This document shows positions 58,643 to 64,000 of a stretch of DNA of 64,000 nucleotides, one piece after another. The DNA is from Eledone cirrhosa (taxonomy: Eukaryota). The notes beneath the pieces were generated by a model. That model had not been told where the DNA came from. It did no database searches and worked only from the letters and a program-made list of their open reading frames with translations. The stretch's first letter is position 1; each line of letters opens with the position of its first letter. A program made the translations under genes and the position numbers. The stretch is from NCBI GenBank assembly GCA_964016885.1, contig OZ024743.1:259160001-259224000 (forward strand). The letters run 5' to 3'.

Positions 58643-58685
58643 GTCACTGAAGAGGTCACAGCATGTGTGACGAAAGAACTTTGAC
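58643..58685 (+). ncRNA. Minimal hammerhead-like motif
   Basis: gtca-CTGAAGA-g-gtcaca(gcatg)tgtgac-GAAA-gaact-T-tgac, lying between (TA)n tracts. Confidence 0.7.
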
Positions 58686-58833
58686 AATATATGAACAATC
58701 GTAAGATTGTGGAACCAACCAACCAACCGGAAATTTATAAATTCCTAAATTTATAAATTTAATTTATAATAAATTGAAGTGAAAGCAACTGGTGCGTGTG
58801 TTTCTTATTGGCAACATGACCCTCCCAAAGCAT

Positions 58834-58898
<65 letters not shown>

Positions 58899-59094
58899 CA
58901 AAATGTTTTTTTTCCATTTCAGATAGACGCGCTCCATCATCCACTTTTCTAAAAAAATAAATCATGCACAAAACGCGAGCATCAACAGTTTACCAAGAGA
59001 TGTCAACATATTTGGACCTGTTATTTTTATCTAAAGACATTTTTTTCCAATTCCAACCCGCCCGTTCCTTCAATCTATCTTATTTCTCATTCTT

Positions 59095-59130
59095 TCTTCT
59101 GATGAAGGACTAGCGTCCGAAACGTTAAGA
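59095..59130 (+). ncRNA. Minimal hammerhead ribozyme (family E) within element at about 58995-59210
   Basis: Same motif as 34169-34204; the flanks differ at several positions but the motif is identical. Confidence 0.78.
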
Positions 59131-59547
59131 CCCTCTTCCTGCTATTTCAAGCGTTAACCTAATATATTCCTTCCATATATTGTGTTGTTATTTCTGTTTA
59201 CCTTTTACTTACGCACACACACACTCACACACGCACACACACACACACATTCACACACATATATATATACTAGACCACACGTGACCCGTTGGGTCACGTT
59301 TACTTAAAAATAATTTTAATAATTAAAATATACACAGACATGTATATAATGTGAAATGAAACTGGAAGGCCCATATATACGTGTGCGTATATATACGTGT
59401 GTGCATGTATATATATATGTATGTGTGTGTATATATATATGTGGGTGTCTGTGATCTATATGCACTGGTCATAGACACACACACACACATATACATACAC
59501 ATATATACACACACACATATACACACACATATATACACACACACTCA

Positions 59548-60133
59548 CCGTTTATTTTTGAGAATCGGAACCGAATCGGTAAAGGTAACCATAGTAAGTA
59601 CAGTTAATTTTTTAAAATTTATTTTGAAACTTTATCTTATTTGCTAAACCTTGATTATATATGTTCTGGCTCGTTAATTTATTAACCTGCCATCGAACCA
59701 CATTGGCATACGTTTGGACAATACATGTGTCCCTTAGCGCCTGTGCGTGTAGGAACACATATCCTATTATTACTACTCTCCTCTATGTTGAGAAAATTTG
59801 GTCGTTCTGACTGCTGCTAGTTATAGCAGTAGCCATTTGACCTCCCTGCCTCTGCCTTTATCTTTACACTCGGCCCTTGAAAAAATTGATTCCACTTCAT
59901 TTACTCTCATCTCGGGAACAATTTTGAATAGCCCCAGTTCGTAATTTGAATTCGAGAATTTTATATTCTCCGAATGAAAAGATCCTTCTGACGAGATTCT
60001 TTCTTTGCAACGAAGGCCGTATGGACTCCGTTTATTTTTGAGAATCGAAACCGAATCGGTAAAGGTAACCATAGTAAGTACAGTTAATTTTTAAAAATTT
60101 ATTTTGAAACTTTATCTTATTTGCTAAACCTTG

Positions 60134-60140
<7 letters not shown>
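59548..60140 (+). mobile_element. Non-coding hammerhead-bearing element, family D: 480-nt unit with about 113-nt terminal redundancy
   Basis: 59548-59660 repeated at 60028-60140, then (TA)n. Confidence 0.85.
59984..60065 (+). ncRNA. Type I hammerhead ribozyme with extended loop II (family D)
   Basis: cctt-CTGACGA-gattctt[...]gagaatc-GAAA-ccgaatcggt-A-aagg. Confidence 0.85.
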
Positions 60141-60173
<33 letters not shown>

Positions 60174-60494
60174 AATATGTTGAGAAGGTAACACACCAGA
60201 GAGAGATATATAATGCGTTATCAATAATACAGGGAAAAAACCACCAGTGTATGGAATCTATAACCTATGAAAGGCAGACTATATTTTTAATTATCGTGTC
60301 TATAGTCTGCCTTTCATAGGTTATAGATTCCATACACTGGTGGTTTTTTCCCTGTATTATTGATAACGCACTATATATCTCTCTCTGGTGTGTTACCTTC
60401 TCAACATATTACATTTTAAAGGGCTCAGGATCTCTTCCCCTTTGAGCACATTATTTACAGGGAATAACGACGGCTTATGCCTCCGTTAATTTAT

Positions 60495-60541
<47 letters not shown>

Positions 60542-60655
60542 GAAGTTATGTTTAATTTGTTGGGATTCAACAAGCTTAAAAGTTTTATCCAGCGAACCTT
60601 CAATCGTCAAGGTTGTTTTTCTACGGGTATGTCAACATTTATAAAACATATTTTG

Positions 60656-60720
60656 TATTTTATCTGATGAAAGCGCACCAAAATTGCGTTGGTTGCCCTT
60701 GAAATATATATAATAAAATA
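60656..60720 (+). ncRNA. Type I hammerhead ribozyme motif
   Basis: tattttat-CTGATGA-aagcgcaccaa(aattgcg)ttggttgccctt-GAAA-tatatat-A-ataaaata: 8-bp stem I and an imperfect long stem II. Confidence 0.75.
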
Positions 60721-60760
60721 ATTATTGTTTTATAAATATAGTTTCCATTTATTAATATAT

Positions 60761-60801
<41 letters not shown>

Positions 60802-61674
60802 ATACTTTGGAAGGGTCATGTTGCCAATAATTCAGAAATGAAATATATATATATATATATATACACACACAACAATAAGTACACGCGCTCTCTCTTTCTT
60901 CCATTCTCCTTCTCTGTCACCTCCCCCTCTCTCTATATCTCTATTTCAATCTACTATGTCACAACCACTATTTCTTCCTCTCTATCTTTCTCTCTCTCTG
61001 TTTATGAAGGTACCCGGAAAAACCCCATATCTCGAGAACACGTGCACCGATTAACGCGAGACTTATTTTATTCCATTTGTATTCCCATTTCAGGAGCAAC
61101 TTCCTTTCAAAGTATTTTCCCATTATGCGCACTTTTGGCTGTATTACATTACAGATAAGCAAGCAAGCAAATCACTGTCTTTTATATATACTACCAGAAA
61201 AACCACACTTCGAGTGGTTTTCTGCTAGCATGTGTAGTGTGCATATTGATATTATACGCAGGTATATATACATGTAGATATGATACATCAAATAAAATCG
61301 TAATTGACAATATATAATACATAGAAATTGAACGAAGACAGTGTTACACTGTCTTAATCCATGATACATTAAAAAAGACGATATTATATATAAACTGCAT
61401 TAGGAGAAAATTAGTGACAGAAAATTAGTATGTTTATTTAAGCGATCGCCAACCGGAAGTGTTGACCTTTCAGAAATTTTTAAGAAGTGAAACTTTAAAT
61501 AAACAATATATATTTAATCAACTGTCACGAAATTTAGTAGATAAACTATGTAATATTCATTCATTATTTATTCAAAGTAATCCAACTTATTTTACTAAGG
61601 GGATAAAAAGATTATATACCGTACACAGTCCTCCGCTCTTTACTTTATTATAGTTTAGATATATATATACCTTA

Positions 61675-62320
61675 GGTCTGGCCTTGTCGTGGCGAGGGCG
61701 CTTGTATGTTCCGTAAATCCGAGAGAGCGTTAGCGCCTGGAGCTTTGCTCCTGGTATGGCCACCCTAGGCTGTCCGGTCTCCCGGAGTGGTTCCAGCCAA
61801 ACGGTGACCCGTGCCAAGATGGCTCACCATCAACCTGTTACGAAACCGACCAGAAGAAGCAGGACTGCTCAACATCGGAACTGACTCTTGTATGCACACA
61901 TTAAGGAGAAATTGATTACGCTATAAAGTTCGTGTTGCCATGATGGAATGTCCCGTCGCTCCTTCGCCCCGGAGAGCCACTCTGCTGTATAGGGAGCTAT
62001 CCCACTACAACATCATGCTGGTGGGACTCTGTGAGACACGCTAGCAGGTTCCCTTCCGCCAGGTACCCTTCAACCGATCCATTGAAAATTCAGCCCATTG
62101 ACACAACCTTCGCTGATCCATCCACCAATGACAACTGTAATTGCCTGCTGCCCCTGTGCCACAACCGTAATCTCTGTATCTCCGACACCTGATTCCTCCA
62201 CAAACTAATCCATCACCGGACTTGGTACAGTCCGGACGGGTACACCCAGAAGGTAATCAACCAAATCATCATCTCCCGCCGCTGGAGGTCCTTTGTCACC
62301 AACAGAGGAACTCTGCTCAA
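61675..62320 (+). mobile_element. RTE-clade (Expander/Rex3-like) LINE 5' region with deleted AP-endonuclease remnants
   Basis: gccttgtcgtggcgagggcgcttgt..gctcctggtatggccaccc resembles RTE 5'UTRs; DGYTQKVINQIIISRRWRS resembles the APE C-terminal motif. Confidence 0.6.
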
Positions 62321-62584
62321 CAATGCTTGTTTATTTGATTGATTAAATAATTAATCTGTATATCGTCATTTATATTTTCGATTCCATTTCGTTAAAATTG
62401 AAACGGATGTAGTAATTGATAAAATGAATTGAAGTATTATCTTTGTTTTTTTTTTACCCAAATTGAATTATGGTGATTATTTTCCATATATGATTAAAAC
62501 ATTGGACTTTTACAAATTTGGTAACGAACAAGTGTTATACCCACGTCTATTCATTTTTCTCTCTGTCTGTCTCTCTCCTTCTCT

Positions 62585-62663
<79 letters not shown>

Positions 62664-64000
62664 TATATATATATCCAACATAAACACAGGATTGGATTGA
62701 ACTAGTTTTTGGAAGAGCGCTAATCATGTAATTATTTGAGGTTGTTGTTGGAACTCTATCACGCCAAGGATGAGCCATCCAGTTGATTCTGTTCATGAAA
62801 TTAACGTGCAAAGACCTGAGAATTCCATAGATATGTGCATTTTTAACGTAGTTCTGGGGGGGGGGGGGGAATTCAGTATCACACTGGCCTATGAGACTGG
62901 CCTTTCGAATTACAAGTACACGTATCCTTTTCTCCCAGTTGTGTTGACTGAAGCAACGAGAAATAAGGTGTCTTGCTCAATGAGTAAATGCGCTGCCGGG
63001 GATCGAACTCACCACATTACGATAATGAACCGAACACCCTAACCATTTATTTGTAGTGCGTATCTCCTGAAAGGTTTAAACATATCACCCAATCAGAAAT
63101 TAAAATCCATAATTTATTCCTGCTTCACCTAAATGTAAAGTACACCCCTGTTGAAGTATGGAAGTTATAACATTACAAATAATAAAGAATTATCAAAAAT
63201 ACAAAAGAAACAAAAACAAAATACAACAAAAGTCAACCAAATCACACGATGTAAGAATCCCCGAGTAAAAATATCACTGTGGTAAAAAAAAAAAATAATA
63301 ATAAAGAAACGTGTTAACAAAAACCGATTCTCGTTTTGCTAGAAAGGTTAATCTGGTTGTTAATACATGCAATGCCTAGCCAATGTAATATGTACTGATG
63401 TTGTTATTTCCACTAAAAGATTGCCTGTCTTTCTCTTTGGCTGAAGAATATTGCTGGCATTTAAATGGAAGCTGTTTACGTTGAATAAAATACCAAAGAA
63501 AATACCCAGATTGCGATGTAAACAACATTCAAAGCTTTACAACTAGTTAACGTTTGTTTACAACTGTTTTTTATAAAGATCATAACAATGGTGAGATGTT
63601 AAGGTCTATTAAACATACTCTATGGATGATTATATTCCGTCGGAAATAGCATAAACATGTTTCGAATACATTCTAAAAAGAACTAGGATCAGTTTCTAAT
63701 TGAAACTTAAGATATGTTAGATGTAAGTGAAAATAGAGGCATTTATGGAAGCATATACAATATATTTATATATAATAAACATCTATAACTGTGATATGAC
63801 CAATATGTTTCTGTATGATAAACATACACAAGTCTAGCTGTGGATATTTTAATTTGTGATCATGTCGCAACTACTACAATAACAAACCGAGACAGTTGTG
63901 ACATGATCACCGCATAAAATACCCACGGTGAGGCCTATATATGTTTGTTATACATACACATATTGTATATGCTTCTATATACGGCTCTGTTATGAATCTG

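Larger units (their letters stand above)
59270..61190 (-). mobile_element. Non-autonomous Helitron-like element with nested insertions, 3' end at 59270
   Basis: Minus strand ends acgtgaccc(aac)gggtcacgt-gtggt-CTAG|t; internal blocks are homologous to 42430-43225. Confidence 0.65.

Overview
AT-rich, microsatellite-saturated animal genomic DNA. The SINE families and repeat landscape suggest a cephalopod (Octopus-like); that is inference. Only one credible host gene is present: an uninterrupted TMEM200-like CDS on the minus strand (37225-38565). The rest is transposon debris: two tRNA-derived SINE families, RTE, CR1 and R4/Dong-like LINE fragments, Helitron pieces, Tc1/mariner-pogo MITEs and minisatellites. 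The most notable signal is a dense set of Penelope-like-element (PLE) derivatives inserted into (TA)n tracts. I can fold by eye 14 type-I hammerhead ribozyme motifs from 8 sequence families. They include a U3-A8 core variant, forms with long or branched stem II, and one family with compensatory base changes. Four families are ORF-less 469-761 nt units present as more than one head-to-tail monomer, two of them also with a 5' fold-back, which is a retrozyme-like architecture. Three GIY-YIG-bearing PLE fragments lie nearby. All structures were read by eye, ribozyme activity is untested, and repeat boundaries are approximate.
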